From Octopus sinensis (Eukaryota): 64,000 nucleotides of DNA. Under the pieces are notes generated by a model. It saw only the letters and a list, made by a program, of their open reading frames with translations. It searched no databases and had not been told where the DNA came from. The position numbers and the translations under genes are program-made. Below, one piece after another: positions 24,096-37,385 of this stretch (position 1 is the stretch's first letter; every line of letters starts with the position of its first letter). The DNA is taken from contig NC_043001.1 of NCBI RefSeq assembly GCF_006345805.1, positions 100,440,001 through 100,504,000 of the forward strand. Reading direction: 5' to 3'.

Positions 24096-25777
24096 TTTGG
24101 TATTAATATAATGAAGTCAAGTACTGTTGGTGATGACATCAGTTAACCCTTCTCCTCAAAACTGCTAGCTTTGTGTCTAAAGTGGCTGAGTGTTAAAGAC
24201 AATGGGAAACATATGAAAAGAAAGAAACCCTTCTTGTTATTGTTGTTGTTGTCATCATATTCTGAAAGATGATAACAACGTTGTAAGATCCTTTCCAGAG
24301 ATAGCACTGGCAAAATTAGAATATTATCTTCTTCTGCAGTATTTTCGTTTTTGAAATCTTTTGCAAACAAACGACTTGGAATTATTTAAATTTTCATCTG
24401 GAGCAAACTGAGGTTCTGTGATTTTATACCTTATTTAACTTATTGACCTACTGCTAGTTGTCCCTTTTTGGGGTTTGATATAGGAAGTTGGCCAGCACTA
24501 ATGTTACATTTTATATGTGTTGAAGTGAGGTCTCCATAGACAAATAAGTTTTGATGAACATAAAGACTATGATTCAGGGGTTTCCCTTCACATTGAGTGC
24601 AGAGAGAAGGTCATTTAGACTGATGGTACAAAGCAGAAAGCCCAGCTGCAAAAGACGTGGAAGTCAGATTAACTTAAGGGCTTTCCTCTTAGTAGAGCCA
24701 CCAAAGTTGAAAGGAAATCAGTTGTTACTATTTTCAGGGTGATACTAATTTCAGAACCGGCAGTAGAGATTCCTTCTTCTAAGAAAGAAATTACTAGAAA
24801 GCTTATGAAGCTTTCATGTCAACCATAACCATTATCATTTATTGCCTTGTGAAAGAAAAACTGTAGAAGTGGCTGAGTGTTAAAGACAATGGGAAAAATA
24901 AGAAAAGAAAGAAACCTGTAAAAAATAATTCACTCCAAAAGAAGCCAATTGGGTGATTCCTTATAATCATTTCTTTGTATTTAAGGGTTTCAATATAATT
25001 TTCCCCTATCTAATGTCTCTTAATTTTCTCACACGCTTTTCCATGCTCATCATCTTAATGTATGCATTATTCAAAGCTTACATTCTTCTTTGTTTTCCCA
25101 CAATCCTCTTTGAAAGCTACCACACCACAGTTCTACTGATAACATGAGCCAACAATGCAGTCTCTATGTGGTTATTTGTTCTGCTAGATATAACAGGCAA
25201 ATTACCCTCAAATCAAATGTTACTAACATAAAAATGAATGACATGGACAAAGTAGTCGCAGATAAAGAAAACTACAAGATGGCCCTGATCGTTAGTCTGT
25301 TCAATCATTTCTTCTCATTTAAACGTAAACGACAACATAAGAAAGATGAATTGTTAACAATATCATTAGCTTTTATTGTTTCCATTTCTTGGGATTATTT
25401 TTCTATTCTTTCAGTCATTTCAACCATTTCATTCTTTCTGCTTCCTATTTTCTTTCTGCTTTCTCAATTCCATCTTCTGCCATATCTTCAGCTATTGATA
25501 TAACATTTAGCTTCTGGTTGTGGTCAGCTTTTCAATGTTGACAACTGTTAACATTTATTTTCTTGGCTTTAGGTGGCTGCCAGCTTCTTAACATCACATT
25601 CGCTTCTTACAACCACCAAACTTTCTCTCTGTTATGATGATTTATGCAAAAACTTTTGTTATAGAATTTTTCAAAATAAAGTGATTATTGTTATTACGTG
25701 CACACGTGCACACACACACACAATGGAAAATAGAAGTTGAAAATGCACTGAGAATAGTTAAAATATTTTATTGTTAT

Positions 25778-26475
25778 TGTTGTGGTTGAATCTGAACACC
25801 CCTGTGAATGGATGGTTCTAAGTTGTATAAGTATGCATGCATGCTGGAGATACATAAAAACAGTGTGGTATGTACAGACGCCTGTAAAACAGTGGCAGAA
25901 ATCATTTTGGAAGAAATATCGGAATTACGTGTTTGTGAATTGATAGTTGTTAAATGATTCTATCAGAAGTCCACAATCACAGTAAAACACCATAACAATA
26001 ACGACAAGAATTCGAACTACAGACAGGGGAAAATATCAAAACCCCTCTCAGTTTGTAAAAGTGGTGACAAGGATTCTAATTTTACGCACTTCATAATAGT
26101 GAGACATTCAAAGTTCTTAGCATGGAAGAATTGGTAGCCTTCATGATACAGCAGCAACAACAGTTGCAACAGCAACAAGAACAATGGAAACAACAACAAC
26201 AGCAACAGCAAATTCAGCAGTTGTTAGAATTATTGCTGAGGTCAAAGAATATGTCAGGTTTGTTTTTAGTGGATGGAGGAGCTAATTCAATTGAGGAATT
26301 TGTCTATAATCCTGAAGAAGGGATTACGTTTTTGGCATACTATGGAAGGTATGAGGAAATATTTGAGGAAGAATGTAAAAGTTGGACAAATGAAAAGAAG
26401 GCAACTCTTCTTTTACAAAAATTAGCACTCACAGAACACGAAAAAATACTGCAATTTCATCTTGCCAAGGGAACC
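25778..26475 (+). mobile_element. Gypsy-type LTR retrotransposon 5' remnant (possible LTR, PBS, gag N-terminus at 26122-26460)
   Basis: Gag-like SIEEFVYNPEEGITFLAYYGRYEEIFEEECKSWTNEKKATLLLQKL..EHEK after a Q-rich start. PBS-like TGGTGAC at 26062. A TG-initiated candidate LTR from 25778 has uncertain boundaries. Confidence 0.65.
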
Positions 26476-26479
26476 ACCA

Positions 26480-26585
26480 GAAATCTGAGAACCACATTAA
26501 AGGTACGCATGTCTGTGGAGTACTCAACCACTTGCACGCTAATTTCACAAGCTGGAACAATCATTGTCATAACAGATGGAGTGCT
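26480..26585 (+). mobile_element. 3' fragment of SINE family D
   Basis: TGAGAACCAC...CTCAACCACTTGCACGCTAATTTCAC...CTGGAAC...GGAGTGC aligns with 55680-55797. Confidence 0.6.
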
Positions 26586-26619
26586 ATATATATATATGTT
26601 TGTGTATGTGTGCTTGGGA

Positions 26620-27040
26620 AGATCCGTCAGGCCAATTGCAATTGTAGTTGTGGCTGATGCGAGTCTCACATATCTGGCGCCCATGCTAGAGATATGTAAA
26701 AGGCACCTTTTGAACTTTGGGCCTCATGGAATCGGTGACAAGTGATCAAGACTTTTGACAATATACTGTGCTTAAGAAGACTTGTCAAGCCAAGTGAGAT
26801 CTTAGTTGTGGTCAATACCAGTGTTTCATAAATGGCCCTCATACCAGCAGCATATAAAAAGCACTCACTACAGACTTGGAGTGGTTGGCATTAGGAAGGG
26901 TATCCAGCCATAGAAAACCATGCCAAATCAGACTGGAACCTGGTGCAGCTCCCCAGCTTACCAGTTTTCAGTCAAAATGTCCAACCCATGCCAGCATGGA
27001 AAGCAGATGCTAAATGATAAGGATGATGATGATGATGATA
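26620..27040 (+). mobile_element. RTE 3' UTR and tail
   Basis: Longer UTR portion followed by the conserved tail and (GAT)n. Confidence 0.75.
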
Positions 27041-27053
27041 TATATATATATAT

Positions 27054-27403
27054 GGTGGTGACCCCCTTCGGTCAGACACTGACCATGGGTTTGCACCTAG
27101 AGTGTTACCCTCTGAGGCACAAGTCTGGGCAAGGTTGTTTTTTTTTTTTTTTTTATGGAAGACCAGCAGTCGCCCATGCATACCGGCCTCCCCTCTCCAC
27201 GTCACCGATGTTGTCCAAGGAAAAGGCAAGGGCCGATACAGCTTGGCACCAGTGACGTCGCAACTCATTTATACAGCTGAGTGAACTGGAGCAACGTGAA
27301 ATAAAGTGTCTTGCTCAAGAACACAACACGCAGCCCGGTCCGGAATTCGAGCTCACAACCTCATGATCGTAAGCTCGACGCTCTAACCACTGAGCCATGC
27401 GCC
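27054..27403 (-). mobile_element. tRNA-derived CORE-like SINE, family C
   Basis: Minus strand reads GGCGCATGGCTCAGTGGTTAGAGCG...GAGCTCGAATTCC then GTGTTCTTGAGCAAGACACTT...CAGCTGTATAAATGAGT. A second copy lies at 43589-43920. Confidence 0.88.
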
Positions 27404-28282
27404 ATTCATATATATATATGAATAAGTATCGTCATTATGATCACTATCATGAAACAGCCATTCTCCATTCTCGTATGAGCTGGATGGCTCGACAGGATCA
27501 GACAAGTCAGAAGACTACATCATGTAACAGAATATGTTTTGGTTTCTATAACTGGATGCCTTTCCAGATACTATGTGGCACATAACTATGAAGTGTGACT
27601 TGCAAGATAAAAATTCACTTAAAGATCGAATTGTGTCTCTGATTAAAAAGCTTGATTTACTCTGCAAACCATATTCTATGAAGTTGTCAGAAATTGGTAT
27701 TAAAAAACCCGATAGCAAATTTATTTTATCCACGGAAAGATCTATTACTTACCTGCTTAGAACTAAGGCACACATCTGTGACTTAATCATAGCAGCAAAG
27801 GTTAGGATTTCTCTTTAGGGGTAGAAAGACTTCAGCCATAAATTTGTAACATATCTCTGTAGGACTCGACAGTATTGCACACATATTGTAGATGCTACTT
27901 AAAACAACATTAAAATTTCGTCCCTCTGCTCCGCTCCTCCACTCCATCTTCTATGGTTCATAAAAATGTCAGCTTCAACATCTTTGATCGTTCCTGGTGT
28001 TTTAGTGAGTCAGTCACTTAGGAATTAATCATTGGCCAAAACAAAATGTCGTTTAATAAAATCATATACACCGAACTGTGTAGAGAGTATAGAAGATGCT
28101 TTTAATATATTTGTTGCATCATCTTCAAAGATGGATACGCTTCAATGAAAGCCGTCTTTGACTTCGTTTTCATGTTCTCAGTAGTAAAGCTGCAGTCAGA
28201 TGTTATTGTCTCATTTTTCGTTTAGAGTGGTCATTATTTTGCCAACATGATGTTGATTTAATTGTAGGATAAATGTTTGCCA

Positions 28283-28283
28283 G

Positions 28284-28358
<75 letters not shown>

Positions 28359-28533
28359 GTCTATCTGTCTCTCTATCTAATTATCTATCTATCTGTCTGT
28401 CTATCTACATCTATCTATCTATCCATCTATCTAGCTATCTGTCTGTCTGTCTGTCAGTCTGTCTGTCTGTCTGCCTGCCTGCCTGTCTGTCTGTCTATCT
28501 ATCCATCTATCCGTCTATCTATCTATCTATCTA

Positions 28534-28574
<41 letters not shown>

Positions 28575-28733
28575 GTCTATCTGTCTCTCTATCTAATTAT
28601 CTATCTATCTGTCTGTCTATCTACATCTATCTATCTATCCATCTATCTAGCTATCTGTCTGTCTGTCTGTCAGTCTGTCTGTCTGTCTGCCTGCCTGCCT
28701 GCCTGTCTGTCTGTCTATCTATCCATCTATCCG

Positions 28734-28793
<60 letters not shown>

Positions 28794-28820
28794 CTTGTCT
28801 GTCTATCTACCTATCTATCT
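28283..28820. repeat. (ATCT)n/(GTCT)n microsatellite with a 216-bp higher-order duplication
   Basis: Rare interruptions (CTAATTAT, CTACAT, CTAGCT, GTCAGT, CCGT) recur in the same order. CTAA falls at 28377 and 28593. Confidence 0.9.
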
Positions 28821-29819
28821 GTTTGGCTTCCTGTCTCTGTATATTTGTCTGTATACATATATTCATGCATATAACATACATAAGCGTATATGCATATATG
28901 TGTACATACATAAGTGTGTGTGTGTGTGTGTGTATGTGTGTGTGTGTGTTTATGTATTACAACCATCATTCCCTGACAAGAATGACTTGTAGCAGTTACT
29001 CTAAATTCACTATTTGCTGAAAGTGCCAATGTAGTTGTGTGCCAACACAGACAACCTCCCAACTTCTTCAGGATATGGCGACTGGAGAAAGTGAAGGCTG
29101 CACCAAAACTAGAACAGTTAGGAGCAAATTAAAATTAAGTGCATTGCTCAAGGGCACAATGTATTGCTTGGTGCAGCAATTGAACCCAGAACCTAATGAT
29201 TATGAGTCCAACTTCAAAATTTGGGATAGTTAATTTCATTTCAGAGATGCATCATAACATAAAAAACTGCCAAAAAACAAACAAACAAACAAAGACTAAA
29301 TGACTAAAAGATAACTGACTTCTTTTACTTAATATATAAAATAGGCAACACCACTTTAAACAATATGTATACACACACACACACATGCATACTCACACAT
29401 ATGCATACATATATATGTATGCATTATGCATATATATATGCGTGTGTGTGTTTGTAATTATGCGTATACATATATGTGTTTACATTTTTAGTTAACTCAC
29501 ACTAAGGTTTTACAATGTTTAAATTTCATTTCCTCTGATTTATGCTGTTTTGTGCATCAAATGGATGTTGTTTAATGATAATTTTATAATCTATATTCAA
29601 TTTAAATTTCATAATCTAATTTTAAAGAACCATACTTATCCCCCTAATATAACACCATCATTAATTATGTTAATAATATTACAAAATACAGCCCTCTGTA
29701 TTATTTGCGATGCAGGCTGAGGTAAACAATATTATGTACCTTATTTCAATCACAGAATCACTACTCTGCTACTTCTCCCAGGTTCCACGGCCAGTGATTT
29801 TGGTATGTGTCAAAGATAG

Positions 29820-30158
29820 ACAGTGGCTGTGTGGAAAGAAGCTTGCCCCAACCACATGGTTCTGGGTTCAGGCCCATTGCAGTGGATTTAGTATATGGAA
29901 ACTGAAAGTAGCCTGTCGAATACATAAATATGTGTGTATGTGTGTATGTATTTGTGTGTCTGTGTTTGACCCCCACCATTGCATGACAACCGATGTTGGT
30001 GTGTTTACGCACCCATAACTTAGCAGTTTGATAAAAGAGACTGATAGAATAAGTACTAACTTACAAAGAATAAGTCCTGGGATCGATTTGTTTGACTAAA
30101 GGTGGTGCTCCAGCATGGCCGCAGTCAAATAACTGAAACAAGTAAAAGAATAAAAGAG
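29820..30158 (+). mobile_element. SINE family A, older and internally deleted
   Basis: Aligns with the head and tail of 669-1087. Confidence 0.85.
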
Positions 30159-32544
30159 TGACGGCCTTGCCCAGCATAATTCTAGGCTGCCGTTTGGCAA
30201 GGCATAGCACCCATTTAGCCACCCTGCCAGGGATATGGTGAAAGTTATGGGACTGCTGCATGGCAGATTGTGAAGTAAAGAGGCAGTGGAAGAATTCAGC
30301 TGCAGCAACAGTTCTTCTTTGATTGATACCAAGTGGAGGATTCCTAGAAAATCAGCAACCAGGATTACCAAGAGATTAGCTGCAATGCATCCATAAGGGT
30401 GGCATCCATGGTTATGTAAATCAACAAATGAAAGATTCTTCATGACTTGAGCTCCCAATTCAAATATGAAGGATGGAATTGGGTGGTGACACAGAGTTAC
30501 AGGAATCTGTGTAAACAGCATGACTGGATGTTGAAAAAAAATTATTCAATCATACAGTTTTGGGAATTCCTCATATGATGAAGAATATATTAACATTATG
30601 CTGGATGTTTTGCATATTGTCAGTTTTAGATGGAATAAGCTGGACAAGGATTCTGTACATAGCTCTGATACAGATGCCATAATCAGAATTAGATTTTGGT
30701 TCAAGTAGCAACATGATAATCAGTGAATGGCTCAGAATTGCTCAGGTACCTTAGGAAGAGTTTACCTTTCTGCCACTGCCATATCAACTATTCCTTATCT
30801 CCGTCTTTGTCATAAATATTCCCAGTGTCATTGTAAAAGCCACATATTTTGGTCATGGACACAGTTCAGTGCAGTCGAACGAATATGTATTTCTGACATC
30901 ATGGTTGAATACACATTTCTTTGACAATTTGGCTACAGATGTAGATACACTCATTATCATTATTTTATAATATGCCTATTGTCCAACCGAAACCAGTATG
31001 GAAATGACGACGATGACGATGATGATGATGTTAATTGTACATGAATTTAAATATAAACACAAAACACGTCCAGTTCTCAATGTTGCTTCTATTGTGTTTC
31101 AAGTGCTGTGTTAAATGTGTTCACAGATCAGTGCTTACTGTGTTCTCTGTACTTCTTTATGTGTTCACAGTTCAGCGTTAACTGTGTTCTCCTAGCTGTG
31201 TTCACTCTGCTCTCAGTGCTGTATTGGTCGTGTTTTCAGTCTTGTTTTTGTTATCTTTGATTCGTCTGAGTTTCTATTGTTGTCGAGAGATAAATATGAT
31301 TAACTATCGCAAGAATACTGGCACAAGTTGGCCTATTAATTCTGAATTCTGTGAAGTTATCTCAAGTTGTTTGAAAAGAAAAGAGAATTTGTTTTGGAAA
31401 TATCTGTAATAATGAATTCTTAGATTGGCTGAAGGCCATGAATTTGTATGGGTAGGTTGGAGTATTTATCTTATTGACCTGGGAAAAATAAAAGTTTAAC
31501 TTGACCTCGGTATGGTTTGAACTCAGATCATAAAGAGATGAAACTATAAATATTATAACATAATTAACCTTGCCCTCTAATACTCTTCTGTATTGTTAAT
31601 CTTTATCATTACACACCACATCTGCATGCACAAATATACACACCTACATTTATTTCTGGTTCCAACCAGGTCAATCCACCCAGTTGGGGTGAGAGAGAGA
31701 GAGAGAGCAGACAAACAGACACACACACACTCACACACACAAACACATGCATATAGACACACACACACATGCACACAAACACATGCATATATGCATACGC
31801 ACACACACGCATACATACAAGTTACTTTTGTTGAATTTTTCTATCTCATTATTGAAATGTAGAAATATGCTGTTGCCAATGCCTGAGCAGGATATGTAAA
31901 CTTGAAACTATCTTGGTAACAGCTAAATCCATCCATGGAATTTACCCATGGAACGATATAACCAGTACAAGTCGTAAAAATGACCATCATGTTATGCAGT
32001 ATTCTTCCTGGTTGCCTACATTAGGAAATTATAAAACCTCATAGCTTTCTCCCCATAGAAACAGAAGTGTCATTTCCTTTTGACCATTCCAGACCATGAT
32101 GTGGTCAGTACTAAATGTTTGTTATGTTCTTCCTGTTGTTGATGTTGATCTTAGACATTTTCTTGCTCTTTCATCTTATTATCTAGATCAGGTTTTCTAG
32201 GCTATTGTTGCCTAACCCAAACCTATCCTCAAAAGCCTTTCCTCAAAAGCTTCCTTACTGGAACTAATCCTGTCTTATTTCTTGGCATGATGCTTCTAGA
32301 AGTTATGAGCACAAGCATAGCTTAGTGGTTTAGAGGATAACTTTACAATCAAGAAATCCTAAGACCTATTTCAATGCATGGCATGTTGGGCAGGTGAAAT
32401 TTCACCAAAGTCAGGGTTAATCTAAGGCATGAAGATAAAATTTAGTTGTAGAAGAAAACTGTATGAAAGCCCTTTGAATGGATTGAATTATAATTGACAG
32501 GCCCAGCTGTAACACACAGGTGTGTCATACTGATGCTACATGAA

Positions 32545-32875
32545 ACGTTTAGCCTTTAAACCAGTCCTATCCAGGCCAAATATTCTGTTTTGATCAATGT
32601 GTTGGTGCATCTCATGCAACATAGCTGGAGTTTAGAGAGACAACAGAGTAAAACAGTGAAGTAGAATCAGTAAGGAAGAAAATGAACGGAAATAAAATGA
32701 AACAGGTTAAGATACAATAAAGTGAGGAAATGAAATGAAATAAAATAATGTGAAACCATACAGAATGCAATAAAGGTAGCAAAGACACGAAAAGACCAGC
32801 TTCAGCCTCTCACACCTACCCCACAATGTCCTTCAAAAAGAAACAGATACATCCTTGAAATCTTGAAGCTAAGTC
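32545..32875 (+). mobile_element. Decayed, interrupted copy of the MITE at 61132-61359
   Basis: TTTAGCCTTTAAAC...AATATTCTGTTTT and GCCTCTCACACCTACCCCACAATGTC...TGAAATCTTGAAGCTA match the MITE. An A-rich stretch of about 200 bp separates the two parts. Confidence 0.55.
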
Positions 32876-33142
32876 AATGTGGGAAAATAAGGGGTTAGGA
32901 CATACCTGTCTGTAGAATGCTGAGATGTTTTCGCTCCCAAGTAAATCTGCCAATTTAATAACTGAATTCTCACCACTGAAATTGATAGAAAATCGATTTA
33001 TTGAATTGAAATCACAAGCAGCAATGTATTCTCCATTAGTTTCAGATGGTAGGGTGTATTAAGGTGGAGATTTAGGTCCTATTTTGAGCAGGGCAACCCC
33101 ACCTGCATAGATTCTTCTGCATTTTTATTCTTACTAGTGTTG

Positions 33143-33174
<32 letters not shown>

Positions 33175-33840
33175 GGTGATGTTTAAAAGAAGAGACACTG
33201 TATTTGGTTAGTGAGTTAATAGTTGTTACTTAGATAAAAAGCTTTGTTGTTGTTGTTGTTGTTATTGCGATATCCAACACTTGACTGGTTTTTACTACTT
33301 TGTGCTTAATTTGCTGGCTCTTTTGATGATGACTCCTTCATGAGTTTATAATATCACCACCACCACCACCACCACCACCACCACCACCACCACCATCATC
33401 ATCATCATTGCCATCATCATCACCATCATCATTGCCATCACCACCACCACCATTATTGCCACCACTGATGCTGCCGCCACCATCATCATCATCATCATCA
33501 TCATCCTCATCGTCGTTGTTGTCGTCATCATCATCACCACCACCACTACCACTACCACCCTCATTGTCATCATGATCATTGCCATCATCATCACCATCCC
33601 CACCACTCCAAAATTATGATGTGTATAATGATTCATCCAGTTCTGAAAATAGAAAGTGTGTGTGCGTGCGCGCACGTGTGTGTGTGTATGTGAGCGTGCA
33701 TGTGCATGTGTGTATTTCTTGCATTCTGATACTGTTCGATGATAGTGGTGTTGTTCATTAATACATGCATTCAAATGCATAGACCTCATGCATACACACA
33801 CATGTATGAATATATGCATGTGTGCGTGTGTATATATATC

Positions 33841-34121
33841 ATCATCATTATCATCATCGTTTAACGTCTGTTCTCCATGCTAGCATGGGTTGGACGGTTT
33901 GACCGGGGATCTGGGAAGCCAGAAGGCTGCACCAGGCTCCAGTCTTATCTGGCAATGTTTCTACAGCTAGATGCTCTTCCTAACGCCAAGAGAGAAGGGC
34001 TCCCAGATTTAGAAACCCTGCCAAATCAGACTGGAACCTGGTCCAACTCTCCAGCACATCAGCTCCAGTCAAACCCATGCTAGTATGGAAGGTAGATGTT
34101 GAATGATGATAATGATGATGA
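33841..34121. mobile_element. Two RTE tails head-to-head (minus 33841-33989, plus 33990-34121)
   Basis: Both halves match the RTE tail consensus in opposite orientations, with no spacer. Confidence 0.8.
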
Positions 34122-34130
34122 TATATATAT

Positions 34131-34162
<32 letters not shown>

Positions 34163-34174
34163 CATATACATACA

Positions 34175-34210
<36 letters not shown>

Positions 34211-34439
34211 TTTACTACTTCCGTCTTTTCAGTATGTGACCTCGTGAAGACGACCTGCAATTTTTTTTCCTCTGTCCTCCCGTCTCGGGATCTTTCTTTC
34301 TTTCTCTTATGTTTCCGACGAAGAGCTCCGCTCGAAACGTCATACCCTCCTTCTTCCATTTTCCTGAGCGCCTAATAATATAATACTGTAATTGTTCCAC
34401 GTGTTGTTGTTTTTTCTGTTTTCCCGTTTGGATTAACCT

Positions 34440-34440
<1 letters not shown>
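34211..34440 (+). mobile_element. Penelope-like terminal fragment with a minimal hammerhead variant (34311-34345)
   Basis: GTTT-CCGACGA-A-GAGC-TCC-GCTC-GAAAC-GTC-ATAC. CpG-rich and flanked by (TA)n on both sides. Confidence 0.6.
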
Positions 34441-34472
<32 letters not shown>

Positions 34473-34629
34473 TATTATATAAAAGGGCTTAGTAAAATAA
34501 ATTACTTTGCCGCATACATAATTTTACCCTCAATTGTTGAAATCATATATATATATATATATATATAAAGGAGATGATGACAGGCAAAACACCGAACCCA
34601 TCAGGAAGCACAAATACTTAAAATATGTG

Positions 34630-34890
34630 TTAGAGTAGGATCTGGCCTGATCATCCATATAGTTGATCATATTGTCCATGAGGGAGTCATAGCCAACGAT
34701 TGGTGTAGAAGCATTATAGTCAACTGCTACAAAAACAAAGGTGATGCCTTGGACAGCAATAATTACAGAGGCATCAAATTGCTGGACCAGGTGATGAAGG
34801 TGACAGACAGTCATAGCTTAATTAATTAGGAAGAGAATTAGCATAGATGAGATGTAGTTTGGATTTGTGCCAGGTAGGAGCATGACTGAT
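34630..34890 (+). mobile_element. RTE RT N-terminal fragment
   Basis: EGVIANDWCRSIIVNCYKNKGDALDSNNYRGIKLLDQVMKV...DEM*FGFVPGRSMTD. Confidence 0.85.
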
Positions 34891-35220
34891 TTGGCATGGC
34901 TTCTACACTTTGATGCCCTTCCTAATACCAACAATTATGAGAATGGGTGCTTTTACGTGCCACCACCATGGGTGTCATTTCAGTGACACCAGTATGTGCC
35001 ATGACTGCAATTTATTTTTGCTTGATGGATCTTCTTCTCAAGCACAATAGAATGCCAAAGGCCTCAGTCATTTGTCATTAACCGTGAGGCCCAACACTCG
35101 AACAGTGCTTTTCACGTGCCAGCAGGATCGGCCACTTTGCCTCCATGAGGCCCAACACTTGAAAGGCAATTTTTACATGTTCCCGGTGCCAGTTACCTGA
35201 CACCGGCATCAGCCACGACT
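34890..35220 (-). mobile_element. RTE 3' UTR fragment
   Basis: GATGCCCTTCCTAATACCAAC...GTGCTTTTACGTGCCACC followed by internally repeated UTR units. Confidence 0.65.
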
Positions 35221-36679
35221 TGTGTCTGTATGTACATGAAACTTCCTTTGTAACCATGACAGTTTGGTTTGATGGAAACTGTGTGGAAGTCCATCATACA
35301 CACACACGTACACACACACACACACTTACACATATTCATTAGTGCATATGTGTATGTTTGCGTTTGTCCTTAACCTCTGCTAGACAACTGGTGTTGATTT
35401 GATATTATTTCAGCTCAATACTTTTATCTGAATTTAGCCAACACCTTGCTATTTCAATTTTGAGTTGTTATATGCAGGTTGTTTCAACCCTGTTTAGAGA
35501 TCTTTAAAAATCAGTATCGGTTAGAATCTGTGAACAAACATCCTGTCAGTTCGATTGTTGGGAATTAATTTGGGCAATTTGCAGACAAGTCTCAAGGAAA
35601 CAGAATGTGACAAAGTTTGACCCCAAAAACCTTCCATGAGAGTCCAGTTGATGTGCAGTAAGATATCAAAATTTGATTTATAGTTGTTATAGTTTTGTTC
35701 TGGTGTCTGTTTTTGCTGTTGAATGACTGCAGCATTGCCATATATCTTTGGGGCCAGTTGTCATGTTACATGAGAATATTTCTTCTATGTAAATCTAACG
35801 TTACTTCTGTTAAATGAGCAAAATCATTTGTGTACTTTGCCTTTGTCTGTTTTGAGCTGAGCATTTCCAGTCATTTCCTCACCTCACTAAATTTCTGAGC
35901 CAGTCCTATTAATGTATCAGGTCCTTAGAATAATATCCAGGCTCAATATTAGATGTCCTGATCAAGGGGACATAATTCCTTCATTAAATTGTTTCTATGT
36001 TAATGGCAGAAACATCACTGAATAAATGTGATGCAGACCATTAGATGCTTAATGTGAATGTATTATAAAAACATATACGAATGATTCAAAATGAAAAGAT
36101 ATATTAATTTTTCTTTCTATTCTGTGTTAAGACTCACAGCTCAGGCATTTCCTTAGTAGTTACTTTCTTCTTGTCAATAATGGCACATTGATATCAATTA
36201 ACATGAATTTTACATATCGGCCCATGGGATTAAGTAATTACATTATATAAATTAGGGAAACTGTTGCACTACAGCTTACACCTAAACAGTAATCGTGACA
36301 TATGTGCTACTGAAATATTAACCGGTAATTCTAGAAGACTCACCACCTTCGCAAATCTAATTTTGAATTACATTCAAACAATCTCAACTAAGCTTGTATC
36401 GTTGTTGTCTCTCCCTCTTTGTTTCCTCTCTTTGACATTTCATTGCAATGATGGATGCTTGTGTGAAGCTGTAAATTCTCTATGAACTGAATCTGTACTC
36501 TGCTTTTGATTCCCTTGTTGGAATCTTTTCCATTTTTTTTGCTAGCATTCTTTGGAAAAGAGAAAAAATGTTTATAAATTCCATTGATACGTACACCAAA
36601 ACTTACACACATCTTTTGGAAACAAACATATGACACTGCATTCTCCCAACTCACGAAGAAGACAGAACTTGCAATCTCC

Positions 36680-37385
36680 AGCATCACCTCTTTTGGCAAC
36701 CAAAGTTCTCTCTCCATGTGAAAGGAAGATTGTATGATGCATGTATATGAACAGAAATGCTACATGATAGGGAGATGTGGACCCTGAAAGCAGAAGACAT
36801 GTGAAGGCTTGAGAGAAATGAAACTAGCATAATGGATGGGCAATGTTAGTGTCCATGGTTGACAGATTGCTAATGTATTGGGGGGAAAAGTTGGGCTTAA
36901 GAGAAATTAGATGCAGTGTGCAAGAGAGAAAACTGCGCTGGTTTGATCATATGTTATGTATGGATGTAGAGAGCTGGATACAGAAGTGCTGATCACTTAA
37001 AGTGGATGGAAGTTGGGGAAGAGGGGGATCCAGGAAAACACAAGACAAAGTACTGAAGGCCGATCTCAAGACACTGAGCTTTATAAAGGAAATGATTGAG
37101 TACAAAGATATATGACACATTGCTGTACTCAAGAAGGGCCATCCTCCACTGCAGAATTGATACTGGTGCTGATGTCACATAGAAAGCACTGCTGCTGGTG
37201 AGGCCACATAACATGCAGTACACTCTGGGAAATGGCTGGCATTAGGAAGGGCATCAAGCCATAGAAACAATTCCAGAATAGATAATGGGGCTTGGTGTGG
37301 CCCCTGACCTCACCAGCACCGGTCAAACTGTACAACCCATGCCAGCATGGAAAAACGGTCATTAACTGATGATGATGATGATGAT
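36680..37385 (+). mobile_element. RTE LINE 3' end (ORF C-terminus, UTR, (GAT)n tail)
   Basis: KGRLYDAC...EMWTL...RLERNE...VQERKLRWFDHM...RGRGGSRKT, then the conserved tail. Confidence 0.85.
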
